Shown here piece after piece: positions 17,797-27,148 of a stretch of DNA of 48,936 bases. Numbering within the stretch: position 1 is the first letter of the stretch; every line of letters begins with the position of its first letter. The stretch is from Gemmatimonadota bacterium (GTDB lineage: Bacteria > Gemmatimonadota > Gemmatimonadetes > Gemmatimonadales > GWC2-71-9), in the NCBI GenBank assembly GCA_036679605.1, contig JAZDCZ010000173.1, forward strand, positions 1-48,936, written 5' to 3'. The notes beneath the pieces are model-generated. The model saw only the letters and a list, made by a program, of their open reading frames with translations, did no database searches and was not told where the DNA came from. Made by a program: the position numbers and the translations under genes.

Positions 17797-18687
17797 ATGG
17801 GAAAAACAGTGAAGGCTGCTGACGAAATCAAGCGGCTGCGGGATGAGAAATCAAAGATAGAGAACTGGCTCGAGCGTCTTGCCGCTTCGGGTGACAAGAC
17901 TCCCGACAATGTCCGGGAGCGGGTTGAGGGCGATTACAAGAAGCGACTCGATCAGGTTGTGGCAGAGCTACAGGGGCACAGCACCGAAATTGCTGAGGCG
18001 CTGGAGCAGCAGAGGGAGATTCGCGGCAGTTTCGCCAAGCAGGAGGCCGATGCGATGGAGAAATTGGCCGAGGCCGAACTCCGCCACAGCGTTGGAGAGT
18101 TCGGTGAGGACGAGTGGAGCAAGCTTGAATCGGAGATCGGTTCCACGCTAGCCAAGGTGCGCGGTGACTTGGGCGGTATCGATGCCGAGATAGCAGAGCT
18201 AGAGGGAGTTATGGCGATAGTGAGTGCCCCTACAAGGTCGCCGGAAGCCAGCGAGAAGTCTTCTCCCGTAAAGCCGATGGAACCGGCGGAAGTGCAGACC
18301 CCGGTGGTCGTGGAAGCTCCAGGCAGTGAGAGTAAAATCGAGCCCGTGCCTGAGCCTCAGCAGGACGCGTTTGACGGACTTGGTTTCACGAAGTCCGTTA
18401 CCGAGGATGAGATGCACGGCCCATCAGCAGCACGAGCAAGCGGAGAGATGCTTCAGCCGGTAGAAGCGGTTGAAGATCTGCGGAAGAGTGGAGAGTCAGA
18501 GGCGGTGCCCGAAGCGCCCAGGGTCTCAAAGAGCGTCGGGGCGGAAGGCGTCACCTCTTTTGCCGAGACCACAAGTCAACCTAAGAACGCCCAGGCCAAG
18601 ACTCTGAAGTGCAGTGAATGTAGTGCGTTGAATTTGGCCACGGAATGGTACTGCGAGCGCTGCGGTGCTGAACTGTCGGTGCTTTGA
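17797..18687 (+). CDS. Coiled-coil protein with acidic disordered linker and C-terminal zinc ribbon
   Basis: Heptad-rich N-terminus, P/E/S-rich middle, CSEC...N...WYCERCG. Confidence 0.8.
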   Translation: MGKTVKAADEIKRLRDEKSKIENWLERLAASGDKTPDNVRERVEGDYKKRLDQVVAELQGHSTEIAEALEQQREIRGSFAKQEADAMEKLAEAELRHSVGEFGEDEWSKLESEIGSTLAKVRGDLGGIDAEIAELEGVMAIVSAPTRSPEASEKSSPVKPMEPAEVQTPVVVEAPGSESKIEPVPEPQQDAFDGLGFTKSVTEDEMHGPSAARASGEMLQPVEAVEDLRKSGESEAVPEAPRVSKSVGAEGVTSFAETTSQPKNAQAKTLKCSECSALNLATEWYCERCGAELSVL

Positions 18688-18694
18688 GCGCCGA

Positions 18695-18946
18695 CTAGCC
18701 TTTCAGGGTCACAACCTTCCTGAGCCGCCGTTTGCTTCTGGCAGCGGCGTTCTTGTGAATCAAACCCTTTCTGGCTGCCCGGTCGAGAAGACGTTCGGCG
18801 GACTTATAGGCTGCTTCCGCAGCATCACCAGCGGCGGTTCTCACAGCTTTGATGGCGGTTCTTAGCGTCGAACGATGCTCCCGGTTGAGGGCATTCCGGC
18901 GCGCGGCTTGTCTCATTCTTTTCTTCGCCGACCGACTATTGGGCAC
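18695..18946 (-). CDS. rpsT: 30S ribosomal protein S20
   Basis: MPNSRSAKKRMRQ...N...RS.LRTAIK...LDRAARKGLIHKNAAAR.KRRL. Confidence 0.97.
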   Translation of the reverse strand: MPNSRSAKKRMRQAARRNALNREHRSTLRTAIKAVRTAAGDAAEAAYKSAERLLDRAARKGLIHKNAAARSKRRLRKVVTLKG

Positions 18947-18997
18947 TACCTATTCCTCTCGCAGTTGGACACAAAAAACCCTGTAATCGAAGCCCGA

Positions 18998-19068
18998 ATT
19001 CTACCGCGCAAGTGTAGGCAAGTCAAGGCACTATGGCCTTTGACACTAGGTTGGGGCGCGATTACCTT
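18998..19068. promoter_or_regulatory. Back-to-back divergent sigma70 promoters (rpsT and site-2 protease operon)
   Basis: Minus strand TTGACT(19026-19021)-N17-TAGAAT(19003-18998); plus strand TTGACA(19040)-N17-TACCTT(19063). Confidence 0.75.
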
Positions 19069-19102
19069 TCGCCCCACATCGGCCTAAGGATTAGCATCTA
19101 GC

Positions 19103-19780
19103 GTGCAAGAATTCCTTATTGCGCTTCCCGTGCTGCTGGTCTCGGTAGTAGCGCACGAGTATGCGCACGGTTATGCGGCTCTACTTCAAGGAGATCCAAC
19201 GGCGGCCCAAATGGGCCGTCTGACGTTCAATCCGTTGAAGCATATAGATCCTTGGATGACCATCTTGCTGCCCGCCATGCTGTGGTTCGGTTCGAACGGA
19301 CAATTCGTTTTTGGTGGAGCGAAACCAGTACCGGTCAATCCCCAAAACTACCGCAATTACAGACGCGGTGACATCATTGTTTCCTTGGCGGGTATCGTTG
19401 CCAACCTCTTGTTATTTGTCACTTTCCTGATCCTCATTGTCGTCGCAGGATCATTGGGAAGTGCTGTACCGGCGACGCAGGACGTATTGGCGACGCTACA
19501 AAGGATGTTCTATTGGGGGCTGTGGTTGAACGTACTCCTAGCGTTCTTTAATCTGATTCCTATTCCACCGTTGGACGGCTCTCATGTTTTCTATCACCTG
19601 TTGCCTCCAGCGCTAGGAGTGAAATATCGCGAGTTCTCACGCTACGGATTTCTCGTTCTGCTCGGACTGATTTTCTTTTTCAAAGACGCGTTCTTTCTGT
19701 TGTTGTTGCCGGCAATAATGCTAACCCGTGCTGCGGTTTCCCTGGTCGGTCCGTTCGCACTGCAACCGCCACCCTTCTGA
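19103..19780 (+). CDS. Site-2 protease (M50) family
   Basis: HEYAHG, GRLTFNP..HID, GAKPVPVN, FNLIPIPPLDG. Confidence 0.94.
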   Translation: MQEFLIALPVLLVSVVAHEYAHGYAALLQGDPTAAQMGRLTFNPLKHIDPWMTILLPAMLWFGSNGQFVFGGAKPVPVNPQNYRNYRRGDIIVSLAGIVANLLLFVTFLILIVVAGSLGSAVPATQDVLATLQRMFYWGLWLNVLLAFFNLIPIPPLDGSHVFYHLLPPALGVKYREFSRYGFLVLLGLIFFFKDAFFLLLLPAIMLTRAAVSLVGPFALQPPPF

Positions 19781-19781
19781 C

Positions 19782-20516
19782 ATGGATACCATAGCCGCCG
19801 CCCGGGACGAACGTGCGTTCGTCGTGCAGTTGGAGGGTTTCTCAGGGCCACTTGATCTACTGCTGCACCTGATTAGGGAGCAGGAGATAGACATCGCCGA
19901 TATCCCGATCTCCCAAGTAACTGAGCAGTTTCTACATGCGATCGAGGAACTCAGGCTGAACGAAGCCGCCAACTATCTGGACATGGCATCATGGCTTCTT
20001 CGGATCAAAATCCAAATGTTGTTACCTCGGCCGTTGGACGACGAGAACTGGGAAGATCCGCGCGCGGAACTCGTAAGACGCTTACTCGAGTACCAACAGG
20101 TCCGAGAGGTGGTCGATTGGTTAGAGGACCGTGCCGACTTGAGGTCGGGCCAATTCACCAGAGGCTGGATACCAGAGTCTCCGGACCCTGAGCCTCAGCC
20201 TCTCCTACTCGACCTGTCGGAGATCGTCTCGGCAGTCCAGCGAGTTATCGAGGGTATTCCACAGCCAGTTTTGCACCGAGTGGTGGCGCGACCGCTGGAC
20301 ATAGAGGGCGCCACTCGCCGCATTGAGGCACTGCTTGAACGGGAGGGGACGTTTGACTTCGCTGCAATTCTCGATCCTGAACCGTCTATTGCCGATGTGC
20401 TCTCTGCACTCTTGGCACTGTTGGAGTTGGCGCGACTAGGTCGTGTGCGCCTGATTCAGTCACGAGCCTTTACTTCCTTGGCGATCAATCGTGAATCGAC
20501 TCGCACGACTGTTTGA
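19782..20516 (+). CDS. scpA: Segregation and condensation protein A
   Basis: FSGPLDLLLHLI, EDPRAELVRRLLEY, LALLELAR; start at ATG 19782. Confidence 0.93.
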   Translation: MDTIAAARDERAFVVQLEGFSGPLDLLLHLIREQEIDIADIPISQVTEQFLHAIEELRLNEAANYLDMASWLLRIKIQMLLPRPLDDENWEDPRAELVRRLLEYQQVREVVDWLEDRADLRSGQFTRGWIPESPDPEPQPLLLDLSEIVSAVQRVIEGIPQPVLHRVVARPLDIEGATRRIEALLEREGTFDFAAILDPEPSIADVLSALLALLELARLGRVRLIQSRAFTSLAINRESTRTTV

Positions 20517-21045
20517 AGCAGCCCTCTTCTCAGCCGGGCATCCACTTTCTCTCGGCGAGCTTGCAAGACTCGATCGCGAGGCGTCCCGCAGCGAGGTTCA
20601 CCAAGCCATTGATGAGTTAAAGGGCGATTACGAAAGCGAGAATCGCGGAGTAGAACTCGTGCAAGTAGCAGACGGGTACCAGTTATTGACGCGCCGAGAA
20701 TTTGCTGACGAGATAGCCCGCGCGCGCCTGGTCACTCGTCCGCGCAGGTTGTCTGTGGCGGCGCTTGAGACACTAGCGATCATTGCGTACCGTCAGCCTG
20801 TAGGACGTGCAGAGATAGAGGAGATCAGAGGAGTCTCCGTCGAGGGCGTCTTGCGCTCGCTGCAGGAGCGCGGCTTGATCGACGTAGTTGGGAGGGCAGA
20901 GGCAATCGGGAGGCCTCTGCTTTACGGAACCACTTCAGGTTTCCTCGAGCTGTTGGGCATCAACGGGTTGGATGATATGCCACGCCTTGAGGAGCTTTCA
21001 GTAGCATTGCGAATCCCCACTCCGATAGCCGAAGACCTCGATTGA
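20491..21045 (+). CDS. scpB: Segregation and condensation protein B
   Basis: EAALF, LSVAALETLAIIAYRQPV.RAEIEEIRGV, GRPLLYGTT..FL. Confidence 0.95.
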   Translation: MNRLARLFEAALFSAGHPLSLGELARLDREASRSEVHQAIDELKGDYESENRGVELVQVADGYQLLTRREFADEIARARLVTRPRRLSVAALETLAIIAYRQPVGRAEIEEIRGVSVEGVLRSLQERGLIDVVGRAEAIGRPLLYGTTSGFLELLGINGLDDMPRLEELSVALRIPTPIAEDLD

Positions 21046-21761
21046 TGGTGATGCGTCTGCAACGCGCGTTGGCGCGAGCGGGAGTCGCGTCTCGTAGAAA
21101 GGCGGAAGATCTCATCAGAGAGGGTAGTGTACGTGTTAATGGAGTCACTGCAACAATCGGGACCAAGGTTGATTGGTCTAGGGATGTTATTTCCGTCGGG
21201 GGGCGAACGGTAAAGCCGGTAGCGAGGGCATCGATCGCCTTGCACAAGCCGATCGGCACCGTGGTTACGCGTCGGGATCCCAAGGGGAGGCCGACCGTAT
21301 TCGAACTCGTGCCGCCGCTTCCAGGGCTCACCTACGCGGGGCGATTGGATGTGCTGACCAGCGGTCTCTTGGTGCTCAGCACAGACGGTGAACTTGTGAA
21401 CCGCCTCACGCATCCAAGGTACGGTGTAGATAGAAGTTATCGGGCGCGCGTCCACGGGCGCTCACCCGAGGAGATTAGGAAGCAGCTCTCCAGACCGATC
21501 GCTATTGACGGGCGTAATGTCGAGATAGTCTCGGCGAAGGTCAGACGAGCGTCGCCCAGTGCTGCTGACATTGTGTTGGTGCTGAGGGAGGGACGCAATA
21601 GAATTGTAAGGCGTATCTGTGAGCATATTGGAGTGAAGGTAGATCGGTTGGCCAGACTGACTCATGGACCCGTTTGCCTTGGACGTTTGCCAGAGGGACA
21701 ATGGCGATATCTAACAGATCGGGAAATGACTGCGCTGAGTGACAAGAGCATAGCATTATGA
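21045..21761 (+). CDS. rluB: RsuA/RluB family pseudouridine synthase
   Basis: S4 domain RLQRALARAGVASRR, HKP, GRLD catalytic motif, EGRNRIVRR; follows scpB. Confidence 0.9.
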   Translation: MVMRLQRALARAGVASRRKAEDLIREGSVRVNGVTATIGTKVDWSRDVISVGGRTVKPVARASIALHKPIGTVVTRRDPKGRPTVFELVPPLPGLTYAGRLDVLTSGLLVLSTDGELVNRLTHPRYGVDRSYRARVHGRSPEEIRKQLSRPIAIDGRNVEIVSAKVRRASPSAADIVLVLREGRNRIVRRICEHIGVKVDRLARLTHGPVCLGRLPEGQWRYLTDREMTALSDKSIAL

Positions 21762-21770
21762 CGGGTATTC

Positions 21771-23405
21771 ATGGACCTAGCTGACAAGAATGTAATGATC
21801 CTGGGTGGTAGCGGCCTGGTGGGCCGCGCGGTCGCCAGTCGGCTTTTCGTCGAAAGGCCCGCGTCGATAATATTGGTAGCGCTCGGCGAAGAAGAAGTCG
21901 TTGAGGCGGCCGATGATCTTGCCCAAGAGGCAGGCGACGTCAAGCTGGAGACTTCCTGGGGTAACATATTTCTTCCCACGGATGCCGCAAGACTCAGCCG
22001 GTCAGAAATGTTGTCTAGAGACAAACTGCGGGATGTCGTCATAGATGATCTGCTTGGCGAACTCACAGATGACTTACTTCAGCGCAGTTTCCTATACCAG
22101 CTTTTTCAAAGATACCGACCTCACGCCGTTGTAGATTGCATCAATACTGCAACTGCCTTTGCATATCGGGACGTGTTCAGTAGCGCACAGAATCTACTGG
22201 CCGCCGCTCGGGACGGCAGTGTAGATCGGAAGTGCGTAGAGGAACACATTCTGACCCTTACTACTCCACCTCTTATCAGACACATTCAAGTGCTGGTCGA
22301 GGCGATGCGCAGTGCAGGCACTCGGGCCTACGTGAAGATCGGGACAAGCGGAACGGGTGGAATGGGGTTCAACATTCCATATACCCATTCGGAGGAGCGG
22401 CCGTCTCGCACACTACTCACCAAATCGGCGGTGGGGGGTGCACATTCCCTGCTATTGTTCTTGGTGGGCCGGACGCCAGGCGGTCCTGCCACAATCGAGA
22501 TCAAACCGACTGCGGCGATCGCATGGCGTGATATCGGGTTCGGAACCGTTCATCGGGGGCGGCAACCCTACCGGCGGTACGATTGTCCCAGCCCTCTTTC
22601 CTTGGACGAAGCCTTCGGGCCCGGTGCCGGCGGATGGTCGGATACTGGTGACACTTTGGAGGCTCCGTTTATTGACGTTGGTGAAAACGGATTGTTTGCC
22701 AGGGACGAGTTCGAGACTGTCACGTCGTTGGGACAAATGGAGTTTATTACACCGCAAGAAGTCGCCGAGTACGTGGTGATGGAATTGCAGGGCCGTCCTA
22801 CGGGCAGAGATATAGTGGCCGCTCTCGACTCTGCAACTGCCGGGCCAACATACCGGGCCGGCATTTTGCGTGCGATAGCGATTGAGAAGCTCAAGCAGCT
22901 GGAGGTCGAGCACGGGGTCCGAGTGCCGGCGTTCGAAATGCTGGGGCCTCCGCGCCTGTCAAAGTTAATCTACGAGGCGTTCATTCTATCGCGGTTGCGT
23001 GGCACAGTGGCAGACCTGGCCGACAGTGAGGAGGTCCATTTGTCGACCGAGGCGGCGCAGCATATGTGTGATGACTGCGACCTTCGTTCCGCCATCGTGT
23101 CGATAGGCCTTCCGATTATTGTGCCCGGAGAGAAACTTTATAGGGCCGAATCAGTCCTCGTGCCTGCGGTGGGAGGAGACGTTGAGCGCGCGGTGAGGAA
23201 CGGTTGGGTAGATCTGCGGCCCGGAAACCTCGGTGTGTGGGTCAAGAGAGCCCGCCGAATGATGGACCAGCCGCGGGCCAGAAGAGGTGGAGCCGGTAGC
23301 GATATCGATTGGGATTTGATCGACGGCACCGACGTAATAGAGCCATCAAAGTTCGCCACGTGGATTTTCCATAATGAAGATGGCGGTCGCCGTATCAAGC
23401 GCTGA
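21771..23405 (+). CDS. Uncharacterised Rossmann-fold (atypical SDR-like) protein
   Basis: N-terminal ILGGSGLVG dinucleotide-binding motif, VVDCINTAT, YVKIGTSGTGGMGFNIPYTHSEERPS. Confidence 0.75.
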   Translation: MDLADKNVMILGGSGLVGRAVASRLFVERPASIILVALGEEEVVEAADDLAQEAGDVKLETSWGNIFLPTDAARLSRSEMLSRDKLRDVVIDDLLGELTDDLLQRSFLYQLFQRYRPHAVVDCINTATAFAYRDVFSSAQNLLAAARDGSVDRKCVEEHILTLTTPPLIRHIQVLVEAMRSAGTRAYVKIGTSGTGGMGFNIPYTHSEERPSRTLLTKSAVGGAHSLLLFLVGRTPGGPATIEIKPTAAIAWRDIGFGTVHRGRQPYRRYDCPSPLSLDEAFGPGAGGWSDTGDTLEAPFIDVGENGLFARDEFETVTSLGQMEFITPQEVAEYVVMELQGRPTGRDIVAALDSATAGPTYRAGILRAIAIEKLKQLEVEHGVRVPAFEMLGPPRLSKLIYEAFILSRLRGTVADLADSEEVHLSTEAAQHMCDDCDLRSAIVSIGLPIIVPGEKLYRAESVLVPAVGGDVERAVRNGWVDLRPGNLGVWVKRARRMMDQPRARRGGAGSDIDWDLIDGTDVIEPSKFATWIFHNEDGGRRIKR

Positions 23406-23470
23406 ATGAGCGCGCGTGAACCAGAACGACAGGCTATGAATGGTCGGGCTGAAGGACTAGGAGGGCACGT

Positions 23471-24445
23471 GTGACATCTAGAGCAATGAAAACGCTTGAC
23501 GCCAGCCTTACCTCTTCTGTAACAGAGGAAGTAGGAAAACGCATTGTAGGCCAGGAGCCCATGATGGAGCGCTTGCTCATCGGCCTTCTGACCGGCGGTC
23601 ATATCCTACTGGAGGGTGTACCGGGGCTTGCAAAGACATTGGCTGTTCGATCTGTTGCCGAAGTCATCCGAACGACATTCCGGAGGATTCAGTTCACGCC
23701 GGATCTGCTTCCAGCCGACATTATTGGAACGATGGTCTTCGATCAGCGGACTAGTGAGTTTCATGCCAAACGTGGTCCTCTGTTTGCAAATATCGTGTTG
23801 GCGGACGAGATAAATCGAGCTCCTGCCAAGGTCCAAGCCGCCTTACTGGAAGCGATGCAAGAGAAGCAGGTCACGATTGGTGGAGAAACTCATGTTCTAG
23901 AGGAACCCTTCCTAGTGCTCGCGACCCAGAATCCTATCGAGCACGAGGGAACATATGCGCTTCCAGAAGCTCAGCTGGATCGATTTATGTTGAAGGTGGT
24001 GGTTGGATACCCGACGCGCGACGAGGAAAAAGAGATCGTCTGGCGAATGTCCAGCGGTCGGGATATCCCTCTGCGGCCGGTAGCAGACCCCAGTGAGATA
24101 ATGTCATTGCGGCAAACCATCGCAGAACTCTACATGGATCAGAAACTCGTCGATTACATCGTCGATATCGTGCGTGCGACTCGGGAGCCTCAGTCGGTGG
24201 GTCTGCAAGAGGTACGGCCGCTCATTGCGTACGGAGCCAGCCCTAGAGCTACCATCTACTTGGCGCAAGCTGCCCGTGCGCACGCGTTCTTGAGAGGACG
24301 AGCCTATGTAGTCCCAGAGGATGTTAAGGCGATGGCACCCGACGTACTACGCCACAGAGTTCTGCTCACGTTTGAGGCGGAGGCCGAAGACGTGACCTCT
24401 GATCACATCATTTCGAAGATCCTGGATGCGGTGGACGTCCCATGA
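23471..24445 (+). CDS. moxR: MoxR family AAA+ ATPase
   Basis: GVPGLAKT Walker A, RIQFTPDLLPAD, LADEINRAPAKVQAALLEAMQE, ATQNPIE.EGTY.LPEAQLDRF, GASPRA. Confidence 0.96.
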   Translation: MTSRAMKTLDASLTSSVTEEVGKRIVGQEPMMERLLIGLLTGGHILLEGVPGLAKTLAVRSVAEVIRTTFRRIQFTPDLLPADIIGTMVFDQRTSEFHAKRGPLFANIVLADEINRAPAKVQAALLEAMQEKQVTIGGETHVLEEPFLVLATQNPIEHEGTYALPEAQLDRFMLKVVVGYPTRDEEKEIVWRMSSGRDIPLRPVADPSEIMSLRQTIAELYMDQKLVDYIVDIVRATREPQSVGLQEVRPLIAYGASPRATIYLAQAARAHAFLRGRAYVVPEDVKAMAPDVLRHRVLLTFEAEAEDVTSDHIISKILDAVDVP

Positions 24446-25338
24446 AGACTACGGCTCCCTTGGTCAGCCCAGAGGTGCTGCGCCAGGTGAAAGCGATAGA
24501 GCTTCGGGCACGCCGACTAGTCAGTAATCTCTTTTCAGGTGAATATCGTTCCGTTTTTCGGGGACACGGAATCGAGTTCGCGGAAGTACGCGCGTACCAG
24601 CAGGGCGATGATTTTAGGGCGATTGACTGGAATGTATCCGCGAGAATGGGATCTCCGTATGTGAAGGTCTTTGAAGAGGAACGTGAGTTGACGTTGATGC
24701 TCGTAGTCGACCGTTCCGGATCTGTGGAGTTTGGACGACCGGGGACGAAGGCCCAGCGAGCCGTCGAAGTGGCAGCTGTGTTGGCTCTCGCCGCAGCTCG
24801 GCAAAACGACAGGGTGGGTGCAGTAGTTTTTTCGAACGGTATCGATCACCTGGTCCCGCCAGCTAAGGGAAGGCGTCATGCCCTCCGGGTTATTCGGGAT
24901 CTTCTCGCCTTTGCGCCGCGGGAGCGGGGGACCAACATTGGGTTGGCACTCAACTATGTATCCCGGCTACTCCGGCACAGGTCGATTGTCGTGGTCCTTT
25001 CTGATTTCAGGGCGACGAACTGGCAGGAGCCGCTAAGGAGTTTGGCAGCCCGACACGAAGTCATTGCCGTGACTATTGACGATGCGCGCGAACTCGAGTT
25101 GCCGGACGTTGGGTGGATCCAATTGCACGATGCGGAGCTAGGTACCGAGATGTTGGTGGACACCTCGCACCGGGCAACTCGGCTAGAACTTCAGATAGCT
25201 GTAGAGCAGTTGTTGGTGGCGAGAAGGAGAGCATTGAAGAACGCGCAGGTAGATCACATATACCTGCGCACTGACTTACCCTACGCCGAGCCGTTGCACC
25301 AAGCCTTTGCAGAGCGGGCGCGGCGGCTGAGGCGGTGA
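24442..25338 (+). CDS. DUF58 domain (VWA-like) protein
   Basis: GEYRSVFRG.GIEFAEVRAYQ.GDD.RAIDWNVSAR, EEERE, DRSGS, VLSDF. Confidence 0.93.
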   Translation: MKTTAPLVSPEVLRQVKAIELRARRLVSNLFSGEYRSVFRGHGIEFAEVRAYQQGDDFRAIDWNVSARMGSPYVKVFEEERELTLMLVVDRSGSVEFGRPGTKAQRAVEVAAVLALAAARQNDRVGAVVFSNGIDHLVPPAKGRRHALRVIRDLLAFAPRERGTNIGLALNYVSRLLRHRSIVVVLSDFRATNWQEPLRSLAARHEVIAVTIDDARELELPDVGWIQLHDAELGTEMLVDTSHRATRLELQIAVEQLLVARRRALKNAQVDHIYLRTDLPYAEPLHQAFAERARRLRR

Positions 25339-26168
25339 TCTCGTTCGCCGTCGTACTGGCTGCGCAAGCGTCGGTATGGTCGGTATCTCCGTCCGCACCG
25401 ACCGTAGGGGACACAGTACGGCTGACACGGCTAATCACGGCTGGTCTGGGCGTGGAATCTCAGGTCGACCAGTTGAAAATCGCGCCAACCATTCAACTAC
25501 TTGCTGAACCCACGGTAGGCTATTCGGAAGGTTCGGTCGTGGTCTCATATATACTAGCCTTCTTTGAGCCGGGGTCCTGGACTATAGCCATGCCGGACGT
25601 TGAACTGGTCACACCGGACGGAGCTGTGGAACACGTCCTGGGAGACACGGCTCACGTGATTGTTCGATCGGTACTTCCGACAGCCGATTCGCTGTATGAT
25701 CCCAAGCCGTCACTCGGGCCACTCGTGCAGCCAAGTGAGAGACCGCAGGCATTGGCGTTTGCGGTGCTAATGACGCTGGGGGCGATTGTGACGTGGCTGA
25801 TTCTTCGACGGAGGTCCTCCAGCAGACCAACGTTTGGGAGTGCGGTAACGGAAACTGCGGAAGCGCCTCTCCTAGAGTGGGCTCGTGCCGGCGAATCACG
25901 CGCCGTCGTTGCTGCCGCCGCTGATCGCTTGCGCTACAGAATCGCCGACCTGCTCCCCGATGCCGGACGAGAACTAACTACGGAAGAGTGTGTTGGAATT
26001 GCGGAATCACTCCGTCCAGATTGGCCGGTTCGAGAGATCTCAGAAACCCTGAGCGCGCTTGACCGGGCAAGATTTGCAGCGGCGATCCCGGGCGAAGTGC
26101 TTGAACTGGCCGAAAGGGCTCAGTTGCTGGGAGACTCATTGGTCAACAATTCAGCAGAGAATGTCTGA
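25335..26168 (+). CDS. Single-pass membrane protein of the MoxR/Bat cluster
   Basis: Signal peptide, beta-rich domain, one TM helix, then LTTEE...DRARFA; sits between DUF58 and batA. Confidence 0.75.
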   Translation: MISFAVVLAAQASVWSVSPSAPTVGDTVRLTRLITAGLGVESQVDQLKIAPTIQLLAEPTVGYSEGSVVVSYILAFFEPGSWTIAMPDVELVTPDGAVEHVLGDTAHVIVRSVLPTADSLYDPKPSLGPLVQPSERPQALAFAVLMTLGAIVTWLILRRRSSSRPTFGSAVTETAEAPLLEWARAGESRAVVAAAADRLRYRIADLLPDAGRELTTEECVGIAESLRPDWPVREISETLSALDRARFAAAIPGEVLELAERAQLLGDSLVNNSAENV

Positions 26169-27148
26169 TGGCGGTGGCACGGCCCTTCGTTCTGCTGCTG
26201 CTTCTGGCTCTCCCGATCTGGATTTGGTGGAGGACCCGCCGACCCAAGCGGGCAGCACGCTTTAGCGACGTATCATCGCTTGGGAGCGGTGTGTCTGGCC
26301 ATCGATGGGTTTCAGAAATACCGGTAGCACTGCGGTCGGTGGCCCTGGGTTCATGGATATTGGCGGCGGCAGGTTTGCAGATAGGGCCGGGCACTACCGA
26401 ATCGATCCGCGAAGGCATAGCCATCGTGCTGGCCGTGGATATTTCCAGCAGCATGCTGGCCGAAGACTTCTCGCCCTCCAATAGGCTCGATGTGGCCAAG
26501 GAGCAATCGATCGGGTTCATAAGGGGAAGGGCATTCGATCGAATCGGGCTGGTTATTTTCGCGGCTGATGCATTAACTCGAGTTCCGATTACCGTGGACT
26601 ACCAGGTACTAGAGGAGGCGGTTGGGCAGATCAAGATAGGGGAGCTGGAAGATGGTACGGCGATTGGGACCGCCATTGCCACTGCCGCGAACCGTCTGCG
26701 ACGTGCGCCGGGCAGGAGCAAGGTTGTGGTTCTTCTGACCGACGGTGAGAACAATCGCGGGACGGTGGATCCTCGGACGGCTGCTCAGGCAGCAGCAAGC
26801 CTCGGAATACGTGTCTACACGATTGGCGTAGGTACGGACGGAGAGGCGAGAATGCCGATCGGACGCAGCCCGTCGGGCCAGATGCGGTATCAGACTCTTC
26901 CGGTACAGATAGACGAAGAATTGTTACGCGACGTTGCGCGAACCACCGGCGGCCGGTACTTCCGAGCCACTGACGCTGAGGCGCTGAGTAGGATATTCCG
27001 TCAGATCGATCAACTCGAGACGACTCCGGTCACCATCACGCGGTTCACGGACGCCGACGAATGGTACAGGCCGATGGTACTTACGGGTCTTTTCGCTCTC
27101 GCATTTGAATTGGTCGTGGCTGCGACGCTGGTGGTGCGGATTCCATGA
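26168..27148 (+). CDS. batA: BatA-like VWA membrane protein
   Basis: MIDAS DISSSM, DRIGLVIFA, GTAIGTAI, LLTDGENN, YTIGVG, TGGRYFRA; TM helices at both ends. Confidence 0.9.
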   Translation: MAVARPFVLLLLLALPIWIWWRTRRPKRAARFSDVSSLGSGVSGHRWVSEIPVALRSVALGSWILAAAGLQIGPGTTESIREGIAIVLAVDISSSMLAEDFSPSNRLDVAKEQSIGFIRGRAFDRIGLVIFAADALTRVPITVDYQVLEEAVGQIKIGELEDGTAIGTAIATAANRLRRAPGRSKVVVLLTDGENNRGTVDPRTAAQAAASLGIRVYTIGVGTDGEARMPIGRSPSGQMRYQTLPVQIDEELLRDVARTTGGRYFRATDAEALSRIFRQIDQLETTPVTITRFTDADEWYRPMVLTGLFALAFELVVAATLVVRIP

